From positions 36,838 through 100,837 of the forward strand of contig JAZDDZ010000054.1 of assembly GCA_043809245.1 (NCBI GenBank): DNA of 64,000 bases, written 5' to 3'. Positions 9,475 to 18,346 of this stretch are shown here, one piece after another; within the stretch, counting starts at the first letter, position 1; the number at the start of each line of letters is the position of its first letter. The notes under the pieces are model-generated. The model saw only the letters and a list, made by a program, of their open reading frames with translations. It did not search any database and was not told the DNA's origin. This stretch comes from Candidatus Iainarchaeum sp. (GTDB lineage: Archaea; Iainarchaeota; Iainarchaeia; Iainarchaeales; JAZDDZ01). Both the position numbers and the translations under genes were made by a program.

Positions 9475-9501
9475 GGTCGGAAAAAATTTGAGGTTGTAAA
9501 A

Positions 9502-9930
9502 ATGGCGAAAGATGAAAATAAGGGAAACGCGGTAAAATGCAGTGACGTGAAATGCGCGCTGCACGGAAGCCTTAAAGTGAGGGGAAACCTTTTCACGGGA
9601 AAGGTCGTGAGCGCAAAGGCGGAAAAGACAGTTGTAGTTGAGAGGGAGATAATGCACTTTGTGCACAAATACGAGAGGTATAAGAAGACGGTTTCAAGGA
9701 TTGCGGCTTACAACCCAAAATGCATTGATGCAAAGGAAAACGACATAGTTAAAATCGGGGAGACAAGAAGGCTAAGCAAGACAAAGAGCTTTGTAGTGCT
9801 TGAAAAAATCGGCCACGCAAAGGACATAAGAAGGGAAGAGGCATTCTTTGGCGGAAGCAAAGGCGAAAAAGAATCAGCAGAAGAGGCCGTGGAAGAAAAG
9901 GAAAGCGAAAGGGAAGTTGATGAAAAATGA
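9502..9930 (+). CDS. rps17: Ribosomal protein uS17 with an acidic tail
   Basis: GKVVSAKAEKTVVVEREIMHFVHKYERYKKTVSRIAAYNP...IVKIGETRRLSKTKSFVV. Confidence 0.85.
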   Translation: MAKDENKGNAVKCSDVKCALHGSLKVRGNLFTGKVVSAKAEKTVVVEREIMHFVHKYERYKKTVSRIAAYNPKCIDAKENDIVKIGETRRLSKTKSFVVLEKIGHAKDIRREEAFFGGSKGEKESAEEAVEEKESEREVDEK

Positions 9931-10325
9931 AGGCGATTAATGCGACTCCAACGCAAGGGTTGATGCAGAAAAGCAGGCTTTTGTGCGCTGACAACAGCGG
10001 TGCAAAGGAAGTGGAAATAATCAGCGTTATCGGCTATCATGCGAGGAAAAGGCAGAGCCAGATGGCGGGCATTGCATCGATGGTTAATGTCGTGGTAAAG
10101 AAAGGAAAGCCGGAGATAAGGAAGAAAGTTGAAAGGGCGGTTGTGGTTCGAGTGAGAATGCCTTACAGGAGAAGTGACGGGACAAGGGTTTGCTTTGAGG
10201 ATAATGCAGCAGTAATAGTGGATGAGAAAGGCATTCCAAAGGCATCTGAAGTGAAAGGCGTTGTTGCAAGAGAAGTAGGGGAGAGGTGGCCGAAAGTGGC
10301 CGGGCTTGCTTCCGCGGTTGTTTGA
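9927..10325 (+). CDS. rpl14: Ribosomal protein uL14
   Basis: GLMQKSRLLCADNSGAKEVEIISVIGY...VVVRVRMPYRRSDGTRVCFEDNAAVIVDEKG. Confidence 0.9.
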   Translation: MKAINATPTQGLMQKSRLLCADNSGAKEVEIISVIGYHARKRQSQMAGIASMVNVVVKKGKPEIRKKVERAVVVRVRMPYRRSDGTRVCFEDNAAVIVDEKGIPKASEVKGVVAREVGERWPKVAGLASAVV

Positions 10326-10337
10326 GGTTGAAGATTT

Positions 10338-10778
10338 ATGAATATTGAAAGCGCTAAACCGAAAAAGCAGAGGAAATTCAAGGCAATGCTGCCGCTTCAC
10401 CTTAAAAGAAAGCAGCTCAGCAGCCATTTAAGCAAGGAGTTAAGGAAGGGAATTGGAAGGAGAGCTGTTGAGGCAAGGAAAGGCGACAAGGCAAAGGTTT
10501 TGCGCGGTGACTTCAGGGGAAAAGAGGGAAAAATTGTAAGGGTTGACGTTGCAAGGCAGAAGTTATTCATTGAAAAGCTTGTGAGGAAAAAGGCTGACGG
10601 CACGGAAAAGCTTGTTCCATTTAACGCATCGAATCTTTTGCTTGTTGAACTCGAAAGAAGCGATGACAGAAGATTCAGGGAAAGGAAAGGCACGGGCAAA
10701 ATGAATGGCAAAAAGGAAAAAGAAGCAGGCGAAGTTAAAGCTGGAAAAAAAGAAGAAAAAACTGAAGGGAAGAAATAG
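10338..10778 (+). CDS. rpl24: Ribosomal protein uL24 (KOW) with a K/E tail
   Basis: KGDKAKVLRGDFRGKEGKIVRVDVARQKLFIEKL. Confidence 0.85.
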   Translation: MNIESAKPKKQRKFKAMLPLHLKRKQLSSHLSKELRKGIGRRAVEARKGDKAKVLRGDFRGKEGKIVRVDVARQKLFIEKLVRKKADGTEKLVPFNASNLLLVELERSDDRRFRERKGTGKMNGKKEKEAGEVKAGKKEEKTEGKK

Positions 10779-10790
10779 GAGTTGTAGGGT

Positions 10791-11537
10791 ATGGCTAAGA
10801 AAGGTGAAGGGAAAAGCCAGAAAAGGCTGAGCGCGCAGAAGGCAATGTTTTTGCCTAGAAAAGGAAAGGTTTGGGCGATAAAGGGAAGGCCGGGGCCGCA
10901 CAGCAGCCAGGCATCAGTGCCATTGGGTTTTGTTTTAAGGGATTTGCTTGGAATCGCGAAGACTTTAAAGGAAGCGAAAAAAATCCTTTTAAGCGGCGCA
11001 GTGCATGTAAATGGAGTTGTTAGAACCGAGTACAGGCTTCCAGTGGGAATTTTTGACCTCATTGAATTGCCTGGGGTGAAAAAAGTTTACAGGGCAGTCA
11101 TTGACTCAAAGCAAAGGATTGCGGTAAGGGTTTTGGATGCAAAAGCCGAGAAGGCAAGGATCTGCAAGGTCACGGGAAAAAAGACCGCGAAAAAAGGAAT
11201 GGTGCAATTGACCTTCAATGATGGCACGGTTTTGCTTGAAAAGAAAACAAAGCTGAAATGCATGGATTCCGCGAAATTAAGCGTGCCTGAAAAAAAGATT
11301 TTGGCAGAACTTGCGTTAAGCGAGGGAAGCCTTGCCTATCTTTTGACTGGAAAATCCGCGGGAGCTGTCGCAAGAATCAAAAAGATTTTCGAGGCCACGA
11401 TGAGAAAGCCGAGAGTAGTCGAGCTTGAGCAGGGAAAAAATGTTTTCCAGACAAACGCGGAAAACGTGCTTGTGGTCGGAGAAAAAAAATTGGAGATTGA
11501 CTTGGGAATAGAGGAAGAAAAAAATAAAAGGGAATGA
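10791..11537 (+). CDS. rps4e: Ribosomal protein eS4
   Basis: KRLSAQKAMFLPRKGKVWAIKGRPGPHS...VHVNGVVRTEYRLPVGIFDLIEL. Confidence 0.88.
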   Translation: MAKKGEGKSQKRLSAQKAMFLPRKGKVWAIKGRPGPHSSQASVPLGFVLRDLLGIAKTLKEAKKILLSGAVHVNGVVRTEYRLPVGIFDLIELPGVKKVYRAVIDSKQRIAVRVLDAKAEKARICKVTGKKTAKKGMVQLTFNDGTVLLEKKTKLKCMDSAKLSVPEKKILAELALSEGSLAYLLTGKSAGAVARIKKIFEATMRKPRVVELEQGKNVFQTNAENVLVVGEKKLEIDLGIEEEKNKRE

Positions 11538-11543
11538 AAGAAC

Positions 11544-12065
11544 ATGGGCGAAAGCAACAACCACATGAGGGAAATAGAGATTGAAAAGGTCACGGTAAAC
11601 ATGGGTGTTGGCCAGACAGGGCAGGAACTCGACAAGGCATGCACTATCCTTGAGAACATCACGGGAATGAAGCCATTGAGGACTTCATGCAAGGTCAGGA
11701 TTCCGACCTGGGGTATAAGGGAAGGCCTGCTTATCGGCGCGAAGGTTACCTTGCGCGGAAAAAAAGCCGAGGAATTCCTTAAAAAGGCATTGAATGCAAA
11801 GGACAATTCGGTTAAGGGGAAAAGCTTTGACCAGAAAGGAAACTTTGGCTTTGGGGTAAAGGAGCATATTGACATGCCGGGAGTAAAATACGACCCAAAG
11901 TTAGGCATAAGGGGCTTGGATGTGCTTGTTACGCTTAAAAGGCACGGGGGATACAGGCTTAGAAGGAGAAAAATCGGCAAGAAAAGCATTGGTTCAAGGC
12001 ACTCATTGAAAAAAGCCGAGGCAATGGAGTTTGTGAAAAAAAAATTTGGGGTTGAAGTGAAATGA
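11544..12065 (+). CDS. rpl5: Ribosomal protein uL5
   Basis: IEIEKVTVNMGVGQTGQELDKA...GIRGLDVLVTLKRHGGYRLRRRK. Confidence 0.9.
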   Translation: MGESNNHMREIEIEKVTVNMGVGQTGQELDKACTILENITGMKPLRTSCKVRIPTWGIREGLLIGAKVTLRGKKAEEFLKKALNAKDNSVKGKSFDQKGNFGFGVKEHIDMPGVKYDPKLGIRGLDVLVTLKRHGGYRLRRRKIGKKSIGSRHSLKKAEAMEFVKKKFGVEVK

Positions 12066-12226
12066 GCGAAAAAGGAAAACTTGGCTTTGGAAAAACGCAG
12101 TCCGCGGGAAAAAAGTGCAGGAGATGCAAGAACAGGCGCGGGCTTATCTCAAAGTATGGAATGAAGCTTTGCAGGCGCTGCTTCAAGGACGTTGCCTTGC
12201 AGATGGGTTTCAAGAAATTCGATTAG
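12062..12226 (+). CDS. rps14: Ribosomal protein uS14 (Zn-binding type, 54 aa; below the ORF-track cutoff)
   Basis: ATGA overlap with the rpl5 stop. Translates to MSEKGKLGFGKTQSAGKKCRRCKNRRGLISKYGMKLCRRCFKDVALQMGFKKFD (a CxxC...CxxC zinc ribbon). Confidence 0.8.
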   Translation: MSEKGKLGFGKTQSAGKKCRRCKNRRGLISKYGMKLCRRCFKDVALQMGFKKFD

Positions 12227-12240
12227 TGAGATTAATGAAA

Positions 12241-12330
12241 GATTTAGGAAAAATATATAGAGGAAGGGAATCGGGAGGAACCTGGAACTGAAGGGAAACC
12301 TAGGTTTCCCTGCGGTTCGGATGGGGTTCA
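12241..12330 (+). promoter_or_regulatory. Conserved promoter + 5'-leader cassette, copy A (TATA-like AAAATATATA, then GAGGAAGGGAATCGGGAGG...GGGAAACC-TA-GGTTTCCC hairpin ...TGCGGTTCGGATGG), upstream of rps8
   Basis: Near-identical cassette found at 4 loci. An 8-bp perfect hairpin is present. See findings. Confidence 0.6.
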
Positions 12331-12372
12331 AAAAATTTGACTGAATTTGGAGTTTGTGGAGAGTGAATGAGA

Positions 12373-12765
12373 ATGACATTGGTTGACCCGATTGCTGACG
12401 CGCTAGTCAACATAAAGAACCACGAGAATGCCTCGAAAAAACTATGCATTGTCAGGCCTGCGGCAAAGCTTTTGGGCGAAATACTGCGCGTCATGCAGGA
12501 GCAGGGCTACATCAGCACCTACGAGTTCGTTGATGATGGAAGGGAGGGCCTTTACAAGATAAACCTTATGGGAAAAATAAACGAGTGCAAGGCAATCAAG
12601 CCCCGGTACGCAGTCAGGAAAAACGAGTTTGAAAGATACGAGAAAAGGTATCTTCCCGCAAAAGACGTGGGCTCGTTGATTGTGAGCACCCCCCGCGGGG
12701 TTATGACGCACAATGGCGCAAAGGAAAAGGAAATCGGCGGAAGGCTGATAGCTTACATTTACTGA
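12373..12765 (+). CDS. rps8: Ribosomal protein uS8
   Basis: MTLVDPIADALVNIKNHENASKK...GVMTHNGAKEKEIGGRLIAYIY. Confidence 0.88.
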   Translation: MTLVDPIADALVNIKNHENASKKLCIVRPAAKLLGEILRVMQEQGYISTYEFVDDGREGLYKINLMGKINECKAIKPRYAVRKNEFERYEKRYLPAKDVGSLIVSTPRGVMTHNGAKEKEIGGRLIAYIY

Positions 12766-12794
12766 ATGAAAAAAATTGATGGAAAAGTGGGATT

Positions 12795-13358
12795 ATGGAA
12801 GACTTTGAAAGGAAAATCAGCTTGCCGGAAGGATTTGAGGCTTCGGCTGAGGGAAGCAAGATGACTGTCGGCTTCAAGGGAAAACAACTGGTTAAGGACT
12901 TCCACGCGCAATCGCTTTCATTCGATGTAAAGGGAAAAGAAATAGTGGTTTCAATCGCGAACGGAAAGGCAAAGAAAAGGGATTTGGCTGTGTTGAACGC
13001 AGTAAATTCCGAGATAAACAACATGCTTGCAGGGTTGTCAAAGGGATTCGAGTACAAGTTAGAGGTCGTGTACGCGCACTTCCCGATGAACATCAGTGTC
13101 AAGGAAAAAGTTGTGGAAATAAGCAATCTCTGCGGAAGCAAGATGGTCAGAAGGGCGGCAATTGTCGGTGAAACAAAGGTAGAGATAAAGGGAAAAGAGA
13201 TATTTGTCAGGGGCGCGGACAAGGAAGCCGCAGGGCAGACAGCGGCAAACATAGAGCAGGCAACAAGGCTGTCGGGAAAAGACGTAAGGGTATTCAACGA
13301 CGGCATTTACATTGTTTCAAAGCCGCATGTTTCAATTGAAGAGCGTGAAAAGAAATGA
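12795..13358 (+). CDS. rpl6: Ribosomal protein uL6
   Basis: Two-domain L6 pattern (ISLPEGFEASAEGSKMTVGFKGKQL...VRGADKEAAGQTAANIEQATR). Confidence 0.88.
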   Translation: MEDFERKISLPEGFEASAEGSKMTVGFKGKQLVKDFHAQSLSFDVKGKEIVVSIANGKAKKRDLAVLNAVNSEINNMLAGLSKGFEYKLEVVYAHFPMNISVKEKVVEISNLCGSKMVRRAAIVGETKVEIKGKEIFVRGADKEAAGQTAANIEQATRLSGKDVRVFNDGIYIVSKPHVSIEEREKK

Positions 13359-13984
13359 CTGAAAAAAAATCTGTGAAGAAAGCGGAAAAGCCGAAGGCAA
13401 AGAATGCCGTGAAAAAAGAAGAGAAAAAGGCGGCTGTGGAAAAAGTGCACGAAAAAAAAGAGCACAATGAAGCCGCAAAGCAAGTTGAGGAAAAAAAAGA
13501 GGCTGCAAAAGAGTCTTTGGGAAAAGGAAAAGATGCAAAGGAAGCAAAGGGAAAAAAGGCGAAGAAAGAAAAGCCGTCAAAGCCCAAGGCAAAAGGCAGG
13601 GGCAAAGGGCTTTCGGAAGAGGTTAAAAAGCTGAGGAAACAAATCGCCAGAAAAAAACTGCCTTCATTCAGGGGCAGGTTCGGCGAAAGGGGAAGGACAA
13701 GGAAGATAAGCAGGGAGAAATTCATGAAGTGGAGGAAGCCGCGCGGCATTGACATTAAGTTCAAGCAAGAGGACGGCGCGCTTCCAAGGACTGGTTACAA
13801 GGCCCCGAGAGAGATAAGGTTTTTGCATCCCTCGGGTTTCAGGGAAGCCCTTGTTTCAAATGCAATGCAGCTTGAAATGTTTGAAAAGAATGTGGTTGCA
13901 AGGATTGCGGGAACAGTTGGAGAAAAGAAGAGAAGGGAAATTGTGAAGAAAGCCAAGGAATTGGGTGTGAGGCTGCTTAATTGA
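13355..13984 (+). CDS. rpl32e: Ribosomal protein eL32 with an ~80-aa K/E-rich N-terminal extension
   Basis: FMKWRKPRGIDIKFKQEDGALPRTGYKAPREIRFLHPSGF core. Confidence 0.85.
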   Translation: MTEKKSVKKAEKPKAKNAVKKEEKKAAVEKVHEKKEHNEAAKQVEEKKEAAKESLGKGKDAKEAKGKKAKKEKPSKPKAKGRGKGLSEEVKKLRKQIARKKLPSFRGRFGERGRTRKISREKFMKWRKPRGIDIKFKQEDGALPRTGYKAPREIRFLHPSGFREALVSNAMQLEMFEKNVVARIAGTVGEKKRREIVKKAKELGVRLLN

Positions 13985-14009
13985 TTTGCGCTTTGAAAAG
14001 GTGTGAAAG

Positions 14010-14462
14010 ATGATATTGGATAAAATCAGGGAAATTTCCGCAGGGCTGCTGAAAATAGGCAAAAGCAAGGTCTGGTTTGACTCAGAAAAGCTTGACCAGA
14101 TAAAGGAAGCCATGACTAAAGAGGATGTCAGGGGCCTTATAGCGGAAAAAGCGATAGGGAAGAAAAAGCCCTCACAGCACAGCAGGGGAAGGGCAAGGGT
14201 CCTGCACCAGAAAAAGAAAAAGGGAAGAAAAAGGGGCTACGGCAAAAGAAAAGGCCTTCAAAGCGCGAGGGAGAAAACAAAGGAGAAATGGATGCTGCTC
14301 TCAAGGGCTTTGAGGAAAAAGCTCAAGGAAATGAAGGGCAAAAAGGAAAAATTGAAGGTGGATTACAGGAAGCTTTATAATTTAAGCAAGGGCGGCTACT
14401 TTAAGGGAAAAAAATACCTTGAGGCTTACGCGCTTGGAAAAGAAACCAAGGAGAAAAAATAG
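14010..14462 (+). CDS. rpl19e: Ribosomal protein eL19
   Basis: MILDKIREISAGLLKIGKSKVWFDSEKLDQIKEAMTKEDVRGLIAEKAI. Confidence 0.85.
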   Translation: MILDKIREISAGLLKIGKSKVWFDSEKLDQIKEAMTKEDVRGLIAEKAIGKKKPSQHSRGRARVLHQKKKKGRKRGYGKRKGLQSAREKTKEKWMLLSRALRKKLKEMKGKKEKLKVDYRKLYNLSKGGYFKGKKYLEAYALGKETKEKK

Positions 14463-14484
14463 CAAAGGAAAGGAATGAATTGTT

Positions 14485-15000
14485 ATGACACATAAAACAA
14501 CCTACACTATGCCCTTCAGAAGGAGAAGAGGGGAGAAAACAAATTACAAGAAAAGGCTTGCATTGCTCAAGTCAGGCAAGCCAAGGCTTGTTGTCAGGAA
14601 AACTAACGCGAATTTTCTCGCGCAGATAGTGAAGTTCATGCCAAAGGGAGATGAAACAGTCGCATCAGCGAATTCAAGCGAACTGAAAAAATTCGGCTGG
14701 AACAGCCATAAGGGAAATTTGCCCACCGCATACCTCGTTGGGTTTGCATGCGCACTCAAGGCAAAGAAAAAGGAAGTGAAAGAAGCAGTGCTTGACATAG
14801 GGCTTTATACGCCGGTGCACGGCTCAAGGGTTTTCGCGGCGCTCAAGGGCGCGGTTGACGCGGGCATGCAAATAGCGCTTGACGAAAAGGTTTTCCCGAA
14901 AGAGGAAAGGCTCAAAGGAAAGCACATAAGCGAAAAAATCGCGCAGGAATTCGAAAAGGCAAAAAAAGAGATTGAGTTAAAGATAGGTGAAGCGAAATGA
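14485..15000 (+). CDS. rpl18: Ribosomal protein uL18
   Basis: FRRRRGEKTNYKKRLALLKSGKPRLVVRKTNANFLAQIV. Confidence 0.85.
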   Translation: MTHKTTYTMPFRRRRGEKTNYKKRLALLKSGKPRLVVRKTNANFLAQIVKFMPKGDETVASANSSELKKFGWNSHKGNLPTAYLVGFACALKAKKKEVKEAVLDIGLYTPVHGSRVFAALKGAVDAGMQIALDEKVFPKEERLKGKHISEKIAQEFEKAKKEIELKIGEAK

Positions 15001-15812
15001 GTGAAAAAGAAAGCGCAAAAAAGAAGGAAGAAAAAGTGAAGACTGTGGAAGAAGAGGAAGCCGTTGAGGCGGTAGTGGAAGCCGTGGAACTGCCTGAAGC
15101 AGTTGCGGACGATGAAGAAATCGGAGAAAGGTTTGAGAGCCTTGACAAAAGAGACGAAAGGATGAGGGCACTCGATAAATGGGTTCCGCGGACAGAGTTG
15201 GGGAGAAAAGTCAAGGACAAGGAGATAAGCTCCCTTGAAGAGGTGTTCCAGAAAAATTACAAGATAATGGAGCCGCAGATAGTCGACTCTCTTTTGGGCG
15301 ATGTACATGAAAAAATGATTGGCTTTACCAAGACCACAAGGGTTATTGCAGCTGGAAGGCAGTTTTCGTTCCGGGCAGCGGTTATTGTAGGGGATGGAAA
15401 GAGCTATGTCGGCGTTGGAACAGGAAAGGACCGCGAGAGATGGCCTGCAATAAGGAAAGCGGGAAAAAACGCAAAACTGCACTTGATTAAGGTAAGGAAA
15501 GGCTGCGGAAGCTGGGAGTGCACGTGCGGAACCTCGCATTCAGTGCCGTTCAAAGTTGAGGGAAGTTCCAGTTCAGTCAGGGTAATACTTTACCCTGCGC
15601 CAAAGGGAACAGGCCTTGTGATAGGCGACAAGGTAAAGGATGTTTTAAGGTTTGTCGGAATACGGGATGTCTGGAGCGACACAAGGGGCAGCACGGATAC
15701 AACACTTGACTTTGTGCAGGCGACAATCAATGCTTTAAGCAAGACAACCTCGATGAAGGTTTCAAATGACATCGAGGCAAAAACAAAGGGAAATGAAAGG
15801 GGAGAATACTAA
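14997..15812 (+). CDS. rps5: Ribosomal protein uS5 with an acidic N-terminal extension
   Basis: S5 dsRBD + C-terminal domain (RTELGRKVKDKEISSLEEV...TRVIAAGRQFSFRAAVIVGDGKSYVGVGTGK). Confidence 0.9.
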   Translation: MSEKESAKKKEEKVKTVEEEEAVEAVVEAVELPEAVADDEEIGERFESLDKRDERMRALDKWVPRTELGRKVKDKEISSLEEVFQKNYKIMEPQIVDSLLGDVHEKMIGFTKTTRVIAAGRQFSFRAAVIVGDGKSYVGVGTGKDRERWPAIRKAGKNAKLHLIKVRKGCGSWECTCGTSHSVPFKVEGSSSSVRVILYPAPKGTGLVIGDKVKDVLRFVGIRDVWSDTRGSTDTTLDFVQATINALSKTTSMKVSNDIEAKTKGNERGEY

Positions 15813-16279
15813 TGTTTGCAGTGATTAGAATCAGGGGCAGCGTTGACTTGAATTCCGAGAAAAAGAAAACCCTCGAATTTCTCAGGCTTGACAGGGTAAA
15901 CCATTTGGTGCTTGTGCCGCAGACAGCGAGCATAAAGGGAATGGTGAAAAAAGTCGAGGACACAGTAACCTTTGGGGAAATAAACGATGAAACCATTGGA
16001 AAGCTGATTGAGAAAAGGGGAAGAATGCAGGGAGACAAGATTTTCGGGACAGCGGGCTTGAAGAAGGCAGCTGGCAAGGCAAAGGACTTCAAGGAATTGG
16101 GCCTGGCATTGCTGCAGGGAAGGGTTTCACTTAAAGAACTGGGTTTGAAGCCAGTGTTCAGGCTCAGGCCGCCGAGAAAAGGCTTTGAAAGAAAGGGAAT
16201 AAAGAGAAACTTTTCAATCGGGGGCGCAGCAGGTTACAGGGGAACGGAAATAAACAAATTAATCGAGAAAATGATTTAA
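15812..16279 (+). CDS. rpl30: Ribosomal protein uL30
   Basis: MFAVIRIRGSVDLNSEKKKTLEFLRLDRVNHLVLV. Confidence 0.85.
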   Translation: MFAVIRIRGSVDLNSEKKKTLEFLRLDRVNHLVLVPQTASIKGMVKKVEDTVTFGEINDETIGKLIEKRGRMQGDKIFGTAGLKKAAGKAKDFKELGLALLQGRVSLKELGLKPVFRLRPPRKGFERKGIKRNFSIGGAAGYRGTEINKLIEKMI

Positions 16280-16286
16280 TGGAAAA

Positions 16287-16802
16287 ATGCGTTTGGTGAA
16301 AAAAATGACTGTAAGGAAGAGAAGAAAAGTAAACAAGATGCGCGGAAAAAGGCTGCATGGCGCCGGGGACACCAAGAACAGGCGCGGCTCTGGCTGCAGG
16401 GGCGGGGTAGGACGCGCGGGCAACCACAAGCACAAATTCACCAAATACTACATGGAATTCGGGACAAAAATAACTCTGAAGGCAAAGCAAAAAGGCAAGG
16501 CAATCAACCTCGATGATTTGCAGAAAAACCTCGCGAAATGGATTGGCGAAAAAAAGGTTGAAAAGGCCTCGGGAACAATTGAGTTCGACGGAAAGAAAGT
16601 TGGCATTGCAAAAATCCTTTCAAGGGGAAGCATCAGCGAAAAAATTTCATTCAAAAACGTTTCATTCAGCGAAAATGCAAGGCAAAAAGTGCTCGCTGCG
16701 GGCGGAAAAATCGAGGGCACGGCAAAAGAAGAAGGATTTGGCGAGGAAGACGATGACTTTGAGGCAGCCGGGGAAAACGAAGAGGGAAAAGCGGAGAAGT
16801 GA
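16287..16802 (+). CDS. rpl15: Ribosomal protein uL15 with an acidic tail
   Basis: KRRKVNKMRGKRLHGAGDTKNRRGSGCRGGVGRAGNHKHKF. Confidence 0.85.
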   Translation: MRLVKKMTVRKRRKVNKMRGKRLHGAGDTKNRRGSGCRGGVGRAGNHKHKFTKYYMEFGTKITLKAKQKGKAINLDDLQKNLAKWIGEKKVEKASGTIEFDGKKVGIAKILSRGSISEKISFKNVSFSENARQKVLAAGGKIEGTAKEEGFGEEDDDFEAAGENEEGKAEK

Positions 16803-16809
16803 AAATTGA

Positions 16810-18204
16810 ATGGGTTTCCTTGAATGGTTTGAACCGATTTACAGGCTTTTGCCCGAAGTAAAAAGCCCTGAAGTAAAGCCGACCCTGAAAAAAAGGCTGA
16901 TGTGGACAGCACTTGCGCTTGTAATTTTTTACATAATGGGAAACATCCAGGTTATTGGGATAACCGCTTCATCTGCAGGGCAGCTTGAGCAACTGCAGGT
17001 AATACTTGCATCCGAAATAGGAACACTGATTACGGTTGGAATTGGCCCAATTGTTTTGGCTTCAATTATTCTGCAGCTTTTGATTGGAGGCGGCCTGATT
17101 GACGCGGACTTGACTGACCCGAAAACAAAGGCAAGGTTCACTTCAATGCAGAAACTCATGGCCATAGTGCTCTGCTTTTTTGAGTCAGCAATTTACGTCT
17201 TAAGCGGATTCATTGCCCCTGACCCGGGAATGCTTCTGTTTGTCGTATTACAGATTTCCTTGGGCGCAATATTATTGATTTACCTTGATGAAGTTGTTTC
17301 AAAGTACGGCATTGGTTCAGGCATTGGATTGTTCATTGCGGCAAACGTCGCGGGAAGCGTGTTCTGGAGGGTTTTCGCTCCGCCAATCGCTTTACAGGGC
17401 CAGCTCGCGGGCGGAATTTTAAGCCAGTTCATTGACTCTGTCGCAAGCGGAAGCATTAACCTGATAATATTGCTGCCGTTGCTTTTCACGTTAATTGTTT
17501 TTGTCGTGGTAACATTCGCGGAAGGAATGCATGTGAACATTCCGCTCACGATGGGCCCTCGCGGAGTGGGCGGAAGGTTTCCCGTCAAATTCCTTTACGT
17601 TTCAAACATTCCAGTCATACTTGCAGCAGCGCTATTCGCTAATTTGCGGCTGTGGGCAGAGTTCACTAAAACCGTGCCAGTATTGGGGTATGTGTTAAAT
17701 GGAGTTGCTACAATTGTTGTCGCGCCTTACGGCCTGATTGAAAAAATGCTTTTACAGGGAGTTTCATTTGACGTTTTCGGGCAAATGCTTGACAGCATAT
17801 TGAAATTACAGATAATAGGGCTTGGAGGCGAAATAATACACGCGATCCTCTACATAATTATTTTGACTGTGCTTTGTGTTGTTTTCGGAAAATTCTGGGT
17901 TGACATGGGCGGACAGGGCACTGAAGCCGTGAGCAACCAATTGCAGAAAGCGGGAATGAGCATCCCAGGTTTCAGGAAGGACCCGCGCATTATAAGGAAA
18001 GTGCTTGAAAGGTACATTCCCCCTGTAACTGTTTTGGGCTCGATTTTCGTGGGGTTGCTTGCTGGCTTTGCGGACTTGACAGGCGCGCTTGGCTCAGGCA
18101 CAGGCATACTGCTAACGGTTGGAATTGTTTACAGGCTTTACGAGGACCTTGCAAAAGAGCAGGTTGCGGAAATGTACCCAATGCTTGGAAGGTTTTTCAC
18201 TTGA
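16810..18204 (+). CDS. secY: Preprotein translocase SecY
   Basis: 10-TM SecY/Sec61alpha pattern. Follows rpl15 as in all archaea. Confidence 0.9.
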   Translation: MGFLEWFEPIYRLLPEVKSPEVKPTLKKRLMWTALALVIFYIMGNIQVIGITASSAGQLEQLQVILASEIGTLITVGIGPIVLASIILQLLIGGGLIDADLTDPKTKARFTSMQKLMAIVLCFFESAIYVLSGFIAPDPGMLLFVVLQISLGAILLIYLDEVVSKYGIGSGIGLFIAANVAGSVFWRVFAPPIALQGQLAGGILSQFIDSVASGSINLIILLPLLFTLIVFVVVTFAEGMHVNIPLTMGPRGVGGRFPVKFLYVSNIPVILAAALFANLRLWAEFTKTVPVLGYVLNGVATIVVAPYGLIEKMLLQGVSFDVFGQMLDSILKLQIIGLGGEIIHAILYIIILTVLCVVFGKFWVDMGGQGTEAVSNQLQKAGMSIPGFRKDPRIIRKVLERYIPPVTVLGSIFVGLLAGFADLTGALGSGTGILLTVGIVYRLYEDLAKEQVAEMYPMLGRFFT

Positions 18205-18346
18205 ACGAGGAAGGGGAATTGATTGGAATAAGGGAAATTTTTAATGAAAGGGGCATGGGTTTAATAATGAATGGCAGCAAAAATAATTATACGCAAATAA
18301 CGCCATTTTGCTTCAAATCCCCCGTTAAATGGCTTAAAAAGGTGGT

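Noticed and set aside
8200-9668. Long minus-strand ORFs (182 and 303 aa) rich in F/S/L/P across rps3-rpl29-SUI1-rnp1
   Set aside because: They are antisense to well-supported r-protein genes. Their low-complexity composition is the reverse complement of K/E-coding GAA/AAG repeats.
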